A stretch of 63,576 nucleotides of DNA, counting the filler, from Octopus bimaculoides (lineage: Eukaryota): assembly GCF_001194135.2 (NCBI RefSeq). It is 5 parts of 5 records of this genome, joined end to end, with 100 filler letters (N's around TTAATTAATTAA, not from the genome) between each part and the next. Parts side by side here need not be neighbours in the genome. Positions count along the whole stretch, not along the records: positions 18,131 to 44,948 come from NC_068985.1; 4 more parts are not named here. One strand, written 5' to 3'. The position numbers and the translations under genes were made by a program. The notes beneath the pieces are model-generated. The model was given only the letters and a program-made list of their open reading frames with translations. It was not told where the DNA came from and did not search any database. Positions 25,835 through 38,670 of this stretch are shown piece after piece (position 1 is the stretch's first letter; the number at the start of each line of letters is the position of its first letter).

Positions 25835-26480
25835 AAATGAAAAAGAGCCAGAATGCTGAACTGGAAGCATAATTTAATAAAGATTTTTTCTAACCGGTTT
25901 TCATTGCGAAGAAGCAAATTATCAAGAAGAAGGAGAATGAAAATGTTTTTTTTACAAAGAAGTACAAAATGAAGAAAATAATATATAAAACAATAATATA
26001 TAAAAAAATAAATATACCCATATATTATATTGTCTTTGAGCTTTTGTAGTTCAATAGTAGTTCATGTATAAATTGGTAGGAAAAAATAAGGATGCATGAG
26101 GGTTGAGAGTTTTGTTAGGTTTAAAAAAAGGGTTAAAAGTTTGTGTTAAGCAGGAAATGTGGTGTCAAAACAGGAAGTGTGTGTAAGGGGAGACAAGTGT
26201 TTTTAGTTGGAGTTATGAACTCTTTTTTCCCAAACAGGAAGTTTGTGTCTGTTCATAGAGGAATAAGGTCACTATGTATCTATAAAAATATGTGACACTT
26301 ATTCGGTAGCAACAGATGAGGTTCAGAGATTCTCAGTATAGAAGACACTACTCAAATGATACAAACTTAGACTCCGATGTCATTATAGGGGTTCAATTTC
26401 GTGGGATAAAGAATGGCTATAAGAGGGATCAAATGGAGCAAATACGGTGGCAGTTATACAGATAAGCAAATTAAACATAT
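25835..26480 (-). mobile_element. Probable Penelope-like element terminal repeat remnant with hammerhead-like motif
   Basis: Minimal hammerhead-like motif at 25884-25932. No recognisable ORF, so the family assignment is by inference. Confidence 0.45.
25884..25932 (-). ncRNA. Minimal hammerhead ribozyme-like motif (U3:A8 core variant)
   Basis: UUGAUAA, then UUGC/GCAA helix II, GAAA, palindromic AACCGGUU helix III, A, and GAA pairing with upstream UUC. Confidence 0.5.
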
Positions 26481-27044
26481 TAAATATAACAGCGTATGAA
26501 ATACAGAATATGTATATTCGTGTACACGCAAAACGAGAGAAAGCCAAGAATTGAGATTTTCAGATGATGAATATTTAAGTATAAATATAGAGATTAAAGG
26601 GGAGGAAGTAAGGTGCTATAAGTCCAACAGTTGTTTTTGTCGGCTCGGAGATCCATCATACAATATGAACTGTGAAATGTTAGTCTTACAATGGAAAGTT
26701 TGTGCAGCAGATGATATATTTGCACATCTATAGAAATAGTAAGATTGAATTATATAAAAACTTACGGGGAGCATGTAAAAATGCAGTAGGGCATAATTTG
26801 ATAGGTAACTAGGCCTTAGATGAAATAGTATGTTATTTCTAAGATTGTGTGTATGTGTGTTTGTGTACGTGTGTGAGTGTGTACGTGCGTATGTGTGTGT
26901 GCGTGTATGTATGTGTGTATTTGAATGTGCCTGTGCATGAGTCAAATTCCTTACGTAGGTTTTATGTATGGTGCGCGTCTGTGCGTGTAGACGATGCTGT
27001 GCATATGTGGATGTATTAAGTGTATCATTTTCCGGCTCTTTACA

Positions 27045-27195
27045 CTCTGAGCTCAAATTCTACGAAGTTCTACTTTGTCTTTTATCCTTATAGGGTCGAT
27101 AAAATAAAGTATTAGTCAGGTATTGGGGTCGATGTAATCGACTAGCCTCCTCTGTTCAAAACCTGCTGGCCTTGTGCAAAAATTAGAAAGAATTA
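27045..27195 (+). mobile_element. Diverged SINE family A copy
   Basis: gggtcgataaaataa...ggggtcgatgtaatcgac...ggccttgtgc. Confidence 0.7.
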
Positions 27196-27804
27196 ATAAG
27201 TGTATCATTGTATGGATACATGCAGTTATAGACGTATGCCTATCTCTATGTTTGTGTGTGGATTCGTGCATATATGTGCCTGTGTGCATGTGGTTATGAA
27301 TAACTGAGTATATGGAATATAAGTGTGTGCACATTTGTGCACGGGGACAACAAACTTGGGGCCGATGTCCTCAACATGACTCAACATTCAAGAGTTGCTA
27401 AGGTTTGCCTGTTATGGAATGACGTAAGTAACACGAGATGTGAGTTCTACTGATCAAGATGCCATTGTTTAGTCTGTTGTCAGTATCAAAAAGAATATGC
27501 GGTGTTTCAATACTAGATAAATTACATCATCATAGGTTCTGAGATTTCGTGTTGTTTAATATTTTGCAGTTAAAGTAATAATGTGTGTCTTTGTTCTCAT
27601 GATCTCAGATCTACTTCAGAGGTCAGACAGCTTTATTTCTAACAAAGTTGCGAAAATGAGTCGATGTAATCGACTAACCCCTCCCGCCGAATTTCAGGTC
27701 TTGTACCTATAATAGAAAGAATATGTAAATTGCTCTATCCAATACTGTTACATCGCTAAATTTAGAAGATACTTAAGCAATGCATTCGTATATAGTTGAT
27801 GGTT

Positions 27805-27860
27805 TGGATGTATTGCTGATGAAAGCGCAATAACTCTTGAAATATGCATATACACTGATA
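27805..27860 (+). ncRNA. Minimal hammerhead ribozyme-like motif
   Basis: CUGAUGA at 27816, AAG/CUU helix II, GAAA at 27839, palindromic AUAUGCAUAU. Helix I is weak. Confidence 0.4.
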
Positions 27861-28899
27861 ACTTATTTTTCCATCTTCAATCGCATTGTTTGCATAAGCG
27901 AACTCGTATACAAAATGTAACTTTTAGTGCTGGGTCTGACGGTCTGAATTCTATAGAAAATCTGTAGAGATAAACTTACATACACACACACACACACACA
28001 CACGCACACACACATACACACATACACATATAATTATTTACATACACGTTCACACATGTTTATAATATTAGTGACTATCCACTCGTTCTCACGTATGGCC
28101 ACTTTATCATTGCGATCATTTACTTACATCAAGTTTGTAGAGCTTCTCTATCATGAAATTTTGCTGACTGCATAAAATTTATTTAATGTCTCTGTGGCTC
28201 AAAATTTACTGATGCCTGATATAGTTTTCTTCATAAATATACGTAGTCTCGTTCGTATCAGGCCGATCTGTAAATTTTATTGCTGTTGCATGCACTTGTA
28301 ACTCGGTTACAATTTATTTCAGTTAATGATATAACATTAAAATTCTCTTAGGTTGTAGATTTGGATATTAATATAAATGATGGAAACGCCAGTGATAAAT
28401 AAAGACATTGTTGAGAAAATCTGACTGACAGATTTTCCCCATTATTATCACGGAAACAAATTAGATGTTCCAGTAAATTCAGATCAACCACAGTCTATGA
28501 AGTAATTACTAAATAAGATAATCATGTTACTACTTCTAATCTTCTTAGGCATATGCACATGTTCATACACTCGCACATACACACACATGCGTACTCACAC
28601 ATACACACACAAACACAGTTTGAGAAACACATTGCTTCACTTAAATTCTAGCTCTCTTATGTGCTTGCCCTATCGCTCATATGTGTTTAACTTTTTAACA
28701 AATACATGCACGTATACATACATACATACATGCATACATACATACATACATGCATACAGACATACATACATGCATACATACATACACACATACATACATA
28801 CATACATACGTGCATGCATATCCAGAGGATGGGTTGTCCTGACATATACATCAGAAGCATGTTAGAAACATCATGTTTTCATACCTTTTAAAAACAAGG

Positions 28900-29450
28900 A
28901 ATACTGGCGGAACACTCCAGTCAAAACAGCAATTCGGTGCAAACATCACAGGCTTGATATTGTTCTGTGGAACAGGGAACAAAGGTCATGCACTGTTGTA
29001 GAGCTTAGGTACCAGGCGGATGTGAATGTACCATCAAAATTCCAGTAAAAGAGAATATTTATGGTGAATTAATGCAGAAATTCCAGCTCCTGTGTCCTGG
29101 CTATTTCTCACTTGTACCTATCATCATAGGTGCATTAAGCTTGTAACAAATTTACACAAGTACCTAGAAATACTAGGCATCTCGACGAAAAAGCAAAAGA
29201 AACTATCACGGATTCTCCAAATCCAATCTGTTGGTGGCATAGTGAAGTTTTGTAAGACACTTCTAAGATTCTCCACTTGAGATTGTTTAGGTGACCAGAT
29301 GTACACACTTCGGTGTGTGCATCGACAGCTCAACTAACACACGAACTCAACCGCTTATTTACGAACACCGAGAACACTCTTGACTCAGAAAGTGCTGTCA
29401 CTTTGTAAGCGACGACTTGACCACTCTTAAGAAGAACTTAATTAAAACTC
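28900..29450 (+). mobile_element. 3' fragment of a second RLE-encoding non-LTR retrotransposon family
   Basis: HHRLDIVLWNREQRSCTVVEL, LVPIIIGAL, LQIQSVGGIVKFCKTLLRF* followed by a 3'UTR. Confidence 0.75.
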
Positions 29451-29509
29451 AGAGAAAAGAACATATACATATGCATGCATACTTACATATATACAGACAT
29501 ATATACAGA

Positions 29510-29620
<111 letters not shown>

Positions 29621-29971
29621 GAGGTGTGTTCTGTTAACACACTAATACCGAGCGAATTGAAACAGTCAGCATTTGTTAGTTTCAAAGAAGAAGCCATGGA
29701 TGTTGTAGCATGGAAATTTAGATTTACTTACGGAGACAGCAACTGAATATCGCCTGAGGAGAAATATATAGATCTTCTTAGACAGGTAAGTCGTTACATA
29801 ATTTAATTTAAACTTAACTTAAATCCTGTATATACGAGGATCTGTATGTATCGAAACATTTGTAATGATTAAAAAGCTGCCTAACCGTACTTCCTCTTCC
29901 TTTTGACTCTTTTACTTTTTACTTATACACCCCCACATATATATGCATGTATATATCTATATATTAAGAAA

Positions 29972-30118
29972 AAGGAGGCAGTCAGAATTTTGGATAATTC
30001 TTTATTAGCGTTTTCGTTCGTTTAGCCAAACTCTTCAAGAAAAATTTAACCAAAAATTAAACCAACATTTTCTTGAAAGCGCTAATAAAGAATTATCAAA
30101 AATTCTGACTGCCTCCTT
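29972..30118. mobile_element. Palindromic MITE-like element
   Basis: aaggaggcagtcagaatttt...gataattctttattagcg at the left is inverted at the right end (~50-bp arms, with an insertion in the left arm). Confidence 0.75.
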
Positions 30119-30124
30119 GTGGTA

Positions 30125-30649
30125 CCCTCACAAGAAGTCAATCTGGTCAAGTCTGGGGAACGTGATGGCCATTTGACATCGCAGTAGCAAGAGATGATTC
30201 TTTCTCCAAAATATTGCCTCAGCAACTGTATTCTCCCTAGCAGTATGAGCAGTTGCCCTATTTTTCTGGAACCACATTTCGGGCCTATTTTGAATGGCTG
30301 GGGGCAAAAAGCTTTCGATCATTGACCTGTACCGCTCATCAGTCACAGTGACAGCATTCACATCGTTGTCCTTAAAGAAATAAGGCCAGATTATCTCATC
30401 CGCTGTAATTGCACACCATAGTGTACACTGTACGGCGCGCAATTCTCTTTGGTGTTCTTTGAGTTTGAATAATAGACCCCTGATTTTGATAGAACAATTT
30501 CACCACTCGGGTATGTTGTGCGGTGCCATGTTTTACTATAATTAATTTCCAGGAAAAAGTCCATAAAATCCATCCCTAAAATTTAAGAAAAAGGTCATAA
30601 ATAAAATTTTCAAAGATTGCGACCCTTCTGTGACTTTTGGGGCACCCTA
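30125..30649 (-). mobile_element. Tc1/mariner (DD41D-like) fragment with one TIR
   Basis: TIR tagggtgccccaaaagtcac. Frame reads WCAITADEIIWPYFFKD...WFQKNRATAHTARE...WPSRSPDLT. Confidence 0.85.
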
Positions 30650-30726
30650 TACAATGTCTGTACACCACTTCAAACGCCTGGCACACACACACACACACAC
30701 ACGTACGCATGTGTTTATATATATAC

Positions 30727-30877
30727 GTCGAGCTCCATTCAGTTTCCGTCTACCAAATCCACTCACGAGGCTTTGGTCTGCTCGAAGTTATATTAGAAGA
30801 CACTTGCTCAAAGTGCTACACAGTTGGAATGAACCCGGAACCATGTGGTTGGGAAGCAAACTTCTCACCACACAGCT
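30727..30877 (-). mobile_element. SINE family C head and core
   Basis: Matches 22620-22752. Confidence 0.85.
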
Positions 30878-30974
30878 ACTGTACTTTCACCAGTTCTAAC
30901 CGCACACTACTGTTCTCTATGCTCAGTGGTACATGTATAATAATTTGCATGTATAATAATTTGCACTACGACGA

Positions 30975-31272
30975 CGAGGGTCTGCTGATCTGATCAACAG
31001 AACAGCCTGCTTGTGAAATTAACGTGTTCGTGCCTAGGTATTCCACATACACGCGTACCATTAACGTAGTTTTCAGTGAGATTCGGTGTGACACAGAATG
31101 TGACAAGACTGGGCCTTTCAATTACAGGTGCTGCGAATTTTTGCTAGCTGAGTAGACTGGAGCAACGTGAAATAATATATCTTGCTCAAGGATACAACGC
31201 GTCAGCAGGAATCGAACTCCTCACCTTACGATCGATAGTCGAATACCCTAACTAATAAGCCATGCGCCTTCA
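30975..31272 (-). mobile_element. SINE family B copy
   Basis: gaacagcctgcttgtgaaattaacgtg and a reversed tRNA-like head. Confidence 0.8.
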
Positions 31273-31580
31273 TGCGCCTGACCGATTCAGCATTCATTGT
31301 AGACGAATGCACAAGAGTGTAACTATTTTTGCTGATGTCTTTTGTAATAGAGGGACAAAGCAATTCAGTAATAATGGAGGGACAAGGCGATTCAGTTACT
31401 TGATTTAATGGTCAATGATGATACACAGGAATATATATTACGACCCTTGGGCGGAACTGAATATATGTTTAGAAGACTATAACGAATTCATCTCTATATC
31501 GCCAGTGTATAAGAGCGCTCTTTATTTGCATATATATTTGTACGCATATGTATGCATTTATGCACATACAAATGCAAATA

Positions 31581-31797
31581 CGAGGGGGTACCGAAATGTT
31601 CCTGGATTTGGGTAAAAGAAAACACAGGAGGATTAGTTAATTATGATTTTATTCAGCATGTTCCCCTCTTAGATTCACACACTTATTGCATCGGTCCTTC
31701 GGTTTTTCTAAGCCTAGTGAAAGAACTCAGAATGATGGGCCTCCAACCAGGCTTTTCGCGACATCCTAAAAGCCAGGGACTCTTCCGTACGCCCTCG
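31581..31797. mobile_element. mariner-type MITE
   Basis: TA-flanked imperfect TIRs cgagggggtaccgaaatgttcctgg / ccagggactcttccgtacgccctcg. Confidence 0.8.
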
Positions 31798-31845
31798 TAT
31801 GTATATTTATATTACTTATATTTATGTACACATATTTATGCGTAA

Positions 31846-31894
<49 letters not shown>

Positions 31895-32254
31895 CATACA
31901 TACATACATACATGCATATATNNNNNNNNNNNNNNNNNNNNNNNNNNNNNNNNNNNNNNNNNNNNNNNNNNNNNNNNNNNNNNNNNNNNNNNNNNNNNNN
32001 NNNNNNNNNNNNNNNNNNNNNNNNNNNTATATATATATATATATTTATTTATATATACGTACAGGCACTCACATATATGATTTGATGAAGACCAGAATTA
32101 TAAGTGAGATACTTCTAGTTTCATGGGTGGACAGTGCAGTAATGAAACGGGCTTGTATAACCTAACGTACACGATATAGCAATTATTCAGGCTCAAACAG
32201 TATAGCTACTACATGAAGAAAAGAGCAAAACGTTCTAATCGAAAGGGTAAAGTA

Positions 32255-32500
32255 AAGGAAAAGTTTCATTCTCGAGTCTTACCGACTCATAAAGGCCGCT
32301 TTCCCGGTTTCCATTCCTCACCTGGACGGGACGCCTGTCCATCGCATGATTACTCATTTTTGCCCGCTGGAGTGGACTGGAGCAGCATGGTATGAAGTGT
32401 TTTGCTCAAGAACACAATGCGTCGCCCGGTATAGGAATTGAAACCACAATCTCGCGATCATGAGTTCAACATCCTAACCACTGAGCCACACGCCTCCACT
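32255..32500 (-). mobile_element. SINE family E (tRNA head; GCGATGGACAGGCGTCCCGTCCAGG block resembling the V-SINE domain)
   Basis: Reverse complement begins GTGGAGGCGTGTGGCTCAGTGGTTAGG...GGTTTCAATTCC. Confidence 0.75.
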
Positions 32501-33322
32501 GATGGAATGGGGAATAAATCCGTTTAAGGAATCTAGGTTATGTTTCTTGCATAAGGTACTTAACTCTTCGAGTTCTGCCTTTGTACAGTGGCTGGATACG
32601 TTTTACCCTTTAGCTAAAGTTTGTGTAATAATAAACACGAATGTCCCAATGGATCTATAGATAAATTCTGCATTGTGGTGAACTATTTCTACGACACTGT
32701 CTATAGATTTGTAGGTATGACTAGTACCCGCAACTGCCAGTTGATGTTGATGCTGTTTTCTAAGCATTTTTGTTGTGCAGCCATTTGAGTGTTAATGAAG
32801 TATCAGGTTGAGGAAAACGTTTGGTATAAATTATTCTGGAAGCTTAAGCACTGCACGGAAAGGAGCTGAATTCATGGCGAATTACTATCGGAAGGAAACA
32901 TTCCCTCTTCAGCTTGTTAAACACGTTTGGCAAAATGACAGACAGTTGGTTTTCAAAAAAACGTTGCTTCTCATGTTGATTGACATTTTGAAGACGTTTA
33001 CGTTTGTCCAAAATGACAAAGCGTTAAAGGATACACGAACTTAATTGGTGTTCATTCTTTTGAGGATCTCGAATAATGCCTAACAACACTATCGCAGCTG
33101 TTCTCATTTGAGATTTATTGTTACTTAACTCATTCAGTGTCTTACATAGAGTCTCTCAGAGCTTTTTTGCACGCGAGTTTGCATTCATTCTAGACAATCA
33201 ACATCGCAAGCATGCGCATCTTTTGCTTTCAGTTCTGAAAAGCAGAATATGCTGCACAGCTCATAGAAAAGAATGTGGCGGAAGTACCTGATGAAACAAA
33301 CACAATGGCCTTGCTTTTATGC

Positions 33323-33373
33323 TGACGGACATTTTATACTGACGGACATTTTATGGTGACGGACATTTTATGC
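33323..33373. repeat. Three tandem 17-bp units tgacggacattttat(nn)
   Basis: Seen directly in the sequence. Confidence 0.9.
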
Positions 33374-34636
33374 TGGCGAAGCATAGACGGATGTCTTTCT
33401 ACACGCTGTCATGAATATAGAAGAAATAAATTCTAGCTTCTTATGGGCAAATTCTCAAAAACTAACAAGATACAGTTTCTCAAGTTTCCTGCGACCTAAT
33501 GTTCATTGTCATTTCCAGCTTTCTGTAAGTTATTCTAAAAGTATGTGATACTTCTTTCAAAATTTATTCTCAGCGATTTTGACTTCGGTATCATTAGGTA
33601 GGAATAAGGCATATTTTAAAAGTTCTTGGCCTTTTACATCCTTGGGTTGATCGCTGGGGATTGTAGTTAAGATTTCACTGTACGTTCCCCCATTTCCATG
33701 CCGGTGTACATCTCTTGAGCTTCATGCTTAAAATCTTCGGCAAGGTCATCGCGATCATGAGCAAAAGCTGCAACGGAATGAAAAGTTCAGAATATTTTAA
33801 AAGTATTGCGAAAAGAAAGCTAAGAGTGAGCATCATGATCGAGCGGTCCAAGTATAAAGTACGACTGTTTAGGTGGCGCAGACATGATTTTGGTATTGGC
33901 AATTCGAAGATCTTGAAACGAACTCTAATCTCAAATTTATAGAGGAGTTCTAGAAAGAACCAGTCATGTTGGCTTGTGTGTACAGCTTACTCCCTTTCAG
34001 GGGCACTATTAAAGTGTATGTCACTTTTTATTCTTCACCTTTGATACTTCACCTTGGATTCTTCAAGTTGTTTAGTGTTCAATGTATAATAGGACAAACA
34101 CTGATGGTACAGAAATAGTTTTGCAAGGGGGCCATATTGGCATACATTGAAAAAAAAATAACGTTTCTCTTGGACTTTGTGTTTGCTGTGCAGTATTTGT
34201 TTGACTGAAATAAACACGTTCACCAATTTCTAATCCGAAATCTTAGTTCAATCTTAGTATATCTTAATAAATGCGTAAAAGAAAAAGTACCAGGAAAACT
34301 TTTTGTTGCTGAAGCAGTATTCTTGCTAGAATTGGATAACATCATCGCAGTTGTTTTGATGTTCCAGAGCATATATTACTGATAACTTGATGCGAAATTT
34401 GAAGATACATTTGATAGATTTTATAGAATGGAAGAACTTAAAACTGAATAAAACACTCGGTAAAGAGTTGGAAATGATGCATCTGTCGTTAATTTTCTGC
34501 TAACCCATCGAGTTTGGCAGCTCCCGTCCTTTTTACTCCTTCTGTATAAGAGAAGTAATCAAGAAATGTTTTGGTAGAGAGGTAAAGAAAATAAGCAGCA
34601 CAATAGGTGGTAACGAGGGAGGTAGAAAGAGCAAGC

Positions 34637-34700
<64 letters not shown>

Positions 34701-35199
34701 NNNNNNNNNNNNNNNNNNNNNNNNNNNNNNNNNNNNNNNNNNNNNNNNNNNNNNNNNNNNNNNNNNNNNNNNNNNNNNNNNNNNNNNNNNNNNNNNNNNN
34801 NNNNNNNNNNNNNNNNNNNNNNNNNNNNNNNNNNNNNNNNNNNNNNNNNNNNNNNNNNNNNNNNNNNNNNNNNNNNNNNNNNNNNNNNNNNNNNNNNNNN
34901 NNNNNNNNNNNNNNNNNNNNNNNNNNNNNNNNNNNNNNNNNNNNNNNNNNNNNNNNNNNNNNNNNNNNNNNNNNNNNNNNNNNNNNNNNNNNNNNNNNNN
35001 NNNNNNNNNNNNNNNNNNNNNNNNNNNNNNNNNNNNNNNNNNNNNNNNNNNNNNNNNNNNNNNNNNNNNNNNNNNNNNNNNNNNNNNTTGTATATATACA
35101 CATACACAAAGATTTCATACATACACACAATATGCATATGATTTAGAGACGACATAGTGTTTTGCCTCATCAGAAGGCAATCTTCAGTATGCACTGAAC

Positions 35200-35890
35200 A
35201 GGTTTGTCATCGACTGTTGCAAGGTTCAGAAAAGAAACATTGTTGCGAAGACTGAGGTATTGGTATTCTCAAGAAAGTCTTCCCAGTGCCCTCTACACGT
35301 TAGCGGAACACCATTGAGACCAGTAAAGAAGTCCAAGTATATCGAGGCCGTATTCACTAGTGATGGTGAGCAGGAGACTGAACTGGATACTAGAATCGCA
35401 AGTGCTGGCACAGTAATGCACTAGTTGTAGCATTCGATCCCCAGAAGAGAAGTTAATAAAAAATGCCAAACTGTCTTCACATATGTTTATGAATGTTGGG
35501 CAGTGATTGGAAGAATACAAGTGCAGACACAAGTGGCAGATATAGGATTACTCCGAAAGATCTTTGGAGTATCATTACTCGACAGGCTGCGTAGCTCGGG
35601 ATCTCTCTTCAGGTCGAACCGCAACTTCTCCACATTGAGAGGTCATAGCTTAAGTACTACGGACATAGGATTAGAATGTCACAGGAAGAATCACAAGACG
35701 AATTCTTCAAGCCGATCTAATCAGCAGGAGACCAACCAAGAGATGGTTGGATAATATCCAGAGTCTCCTTTGGCCACGCTTGGGAATCCAGCTGGAAAGT
35801 CAAATGACGGTTGTTTCTGAGAGAATTCTACAGAGGAGTTGCCAGAGGACTTTACCCTCAGGACAGTTGCAGGAATAGCGAACGGAGAAA
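35200..35890 (+). mobile_element. RTE-clade LINE 3' fragment
   Basis: KTEVLVFSRK, FTSDGEQETELDTRIASA, LLRKIFGVSLLDRLRSS, LKYYGHR, RWLDNI. Confidence 0.85.
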
Positions 35891-36029
35891 ATGATTGCAT
35901 GGGTAGAAATGCGTTTAAAAATCACACAAATCAACCAATGCCGTAATAATATTTTAAATGTAAGTGGATGAATTCATAACTGAAAACGATTTGCGTGAAC
36001 AGTATAACTGTAGTGTTAATGAATCTGTC

Positions 36030-37480
36030 TGAACATGATGAGAATCCTGTTAAGCTACGTGAAGCCGCACAGGGAAAGAAACTGATAAGAATAGCAAAAT
36101 CTTCATCTCTATTTCATCTATTAAAATATTCGGATGTTCATCAGTTTTAGACCAGATCCAGGACGATTACATTAATTGTAGTTCACGCAATTGCCATACC
36201 AAATAATATCAATGAAAAGACGCAAAGGAATATTTTCATATTATTTGAAATTCATTAGAGATTACTCACACAATATCTGATCGCTAATGGAAGCTTTGAA
36301 GTTTTATCTTGATTTAGCTGCTCTAGAAGCTTTCGAGCTAATCATGAAAAATGATGTCAGCTGCAATATCAATTACAAAAAAATAAGAGAAACATTTCAA
36401 ATTTTTGTCCAAGCCACAGAATTAAAAAAGAACGATCATTCTGGTGCTTCTCAAAGTCGCTCAATAAGCACCAAGCGTATCAGCCTCCAGTTGAAAAAGA
36501 AGCGTTAGCTGCTGCTGAAGCGATTTCAAAAAGCAAACATTACTTAAACGGATGTCACTTCAGTCTAATTGCAGTCTAGCAAACTGTCTCTTAGATATTC
36601 AGTATAAAAGGACGAGGCACAACAAAGCATAATAAAACACATGCAACGAAGGAAATAGAAAAAGAAGAGAAAACGGAAGAGATATCTAGTATCGTCCACA
36701 ATCTTGCTACAATTTGTCTCTTTTATTCTTCCTGCTCAACCTTCCATATGCACAATAATTTATCACAACCCATATGACTATCTTTCCATAACAAAGAAGT
36801 TCAATGCACACAAAGTACTGGACACACTCTATATTCGAGGTATTACAACTTTAGATCATTATGTGTAGTGCTGTACTCATCTGAATAAGTTAACAGTGTT
36901 ACCATTTGACCTTCTACTTATGCTGAAACGAAACCGAAGTTCTATAATCACTTTAAGCCATCTTGATTAACGCAAAAGTAACAATGTTATTTGAGTGACA
37001 AAATATTAGTTTTAAAAGCCTTCTTCCCAAGAACCATTAGATCTTATAGTTCAGAATTAAAGATACTAGCGTTTGCTTTTCCGCGCACCGATGTTTTCAC
37101 GAGACTTACAAGTCTATTTGCAATCTTTGGCTGGCCAATTTACGTTCATTCAGGAATTGAAAACGCTTTAGTATCAGAAGAATGAAAGCGTTGTCTGCAT
37201 AGTAAATGAATTTTTACGAATTCAAACAATACTCTACAATCATAAAGGAAAGGGACAGGTAGAGCAATATAACGTATTGAAAGTAATTACTATCGCTCTG
37301 AAATCCAGTAGTTTAGTCATCAAGATTAAGTACGTAGTCGAAGCTTTCCTATTGAGTACTGTAACAAATGCCACATCTTACGAACAACTTTTTAGTTCTC
37401 TCAGTCATGTCTTTCTGTTTTCATTGTTCAATTAATCCCCACATGCATCTCTGAATCAGGCAATATATTTATCAGAAAAT
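36030..37480 (+). mobile_element. Highly degenerate Ty3/Gypsy pol remnant (RT end, RNase H, integrase core)
   Basis: RPDPGRL; FSKSLNK..VEKEALAAAEAI (RNase H); FKSLLP..FAFP and SLFAIFGWPIYVHS..SEE*KRCLHSK (integrase). No LTRs found. Confidence 0.75.
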
Positions 37481-37659
37481 ACATGAGCAACAGCAAATTT
37501 GACATTTTGGCGAAAAAGCTGACCTTATCGACGTTTACCCGCTGTATGCACTCAAACAATTTGTTAAATATGTAGCTTCTTTAAAGGCGTGGAAGTGTGA
37601 TGGTCAAATATGAGATCATATAACTACAAAACATGAGAGTTTGTAAAGAGAAATTAGTA

Positions 37660-38450
37660 AATGTGTCACGACTTTTTATCGGATGTATTTCATTGAATGA
37701 CTTTTCAACAACCGACTTTTATGGAACGACTTTTCATTGAACTTTGAAGCTCGATTTCTCATAAAGAATGTGTATATATATTATTTTATTGATTAAAACA
37801 TGGCAACTAAGATGATTAATGATTCTACATTTGCTAAATATATTATGTTGACCTTCACTGCTATTATTAGAACTGAGTAAATTCTTTTGTAAACGTTCAC
37901 AAACATTCCAGTAATCTTCGTTATCGACGTCTTTCACATTGTCAACGCTCAAATCACGTAGTTTCAAAATAGTGTGTACATTCGTTCACATTCCGCACAA
38001 AAGCATACGGAAATTTCTCCCATTTACTGACAGACATATGCAGAGTGTAGTAAATCAATTTCATTTAAACAAACACTCATGCACGCCACGCACACAGCCA
38101 AGCAATTATCCTTGGAATATAAATTGACCCATTTATTAACCTTCAGAAATATTGATGATGGTTGAATGAGTTTTATTTGACTTATTGGATGGAATTAAAA
38201 AAAAAATTATATTAAAGATAAATTTACATAGAAAATTATTACATTTACATTAAAAATTATTGCTATCTGTTGCAAATATTTAGTTTTAAAACTCTTCTAG
38301 ATGTACAAATGTTCTGAAGTAATAAGCATTTTATATAATAATACTTTTATAAGTTTATTCTAACGGAAATCGCTTCGATAATATCATTGCGATAAAACAT
38401 CGTTCCATTAAAAGACACTCGATTGCCATTCGATAAAATGTTATATAAGG
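37660..38450 (-). mobile_element. Degenerate MULE-like DNA transposon remnant
   Basis: SNNSSEGQHNIFSK resembles the MULE TNN..EGWHN motif. Both ends carry inverted arrays of gactttt(at)-like units. Confidence 0.5.
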
Positions 38451-38461
38451 TGGCTGTTTTA

Positions 38462-38670
38462 CATGGCGAACAGGCAGAATCGTTACCACGCCGAGCAAAA
38501 CGTTTAGTGGCATTTCGCCTGACGTTCTGAGTTCAAATTCCTCTAAGGTCAACGTTGTCTTTCATCCTGTTGGGGACGATGAAATAAGTACCAGTTGCCT
38601 ACTGAGTTGATGTAATCGACGTACTCTCTTCTCCGAAATCACTGGCCTTCATCCAGAATTTGAAACCAAT
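38462..38670 (+). mobile_element. Diverged SINE family A copy
   Basis: ggcagaatcgttaccacgccg head and core. Confidence 0.8.

Noticed and set aside
33323-33373. CRISPR-like array
   Set aside because: The units are directly adjacent with no spacers, and the context is eukaryotic.
35145-35200. Minus-strand CUGAAGA...CUGAUGA...AAAC-ACUAU-GUC hammerhead-like text
   Set aside because: G12 is missing and there is no helix I pairing; at best a dead remnant.
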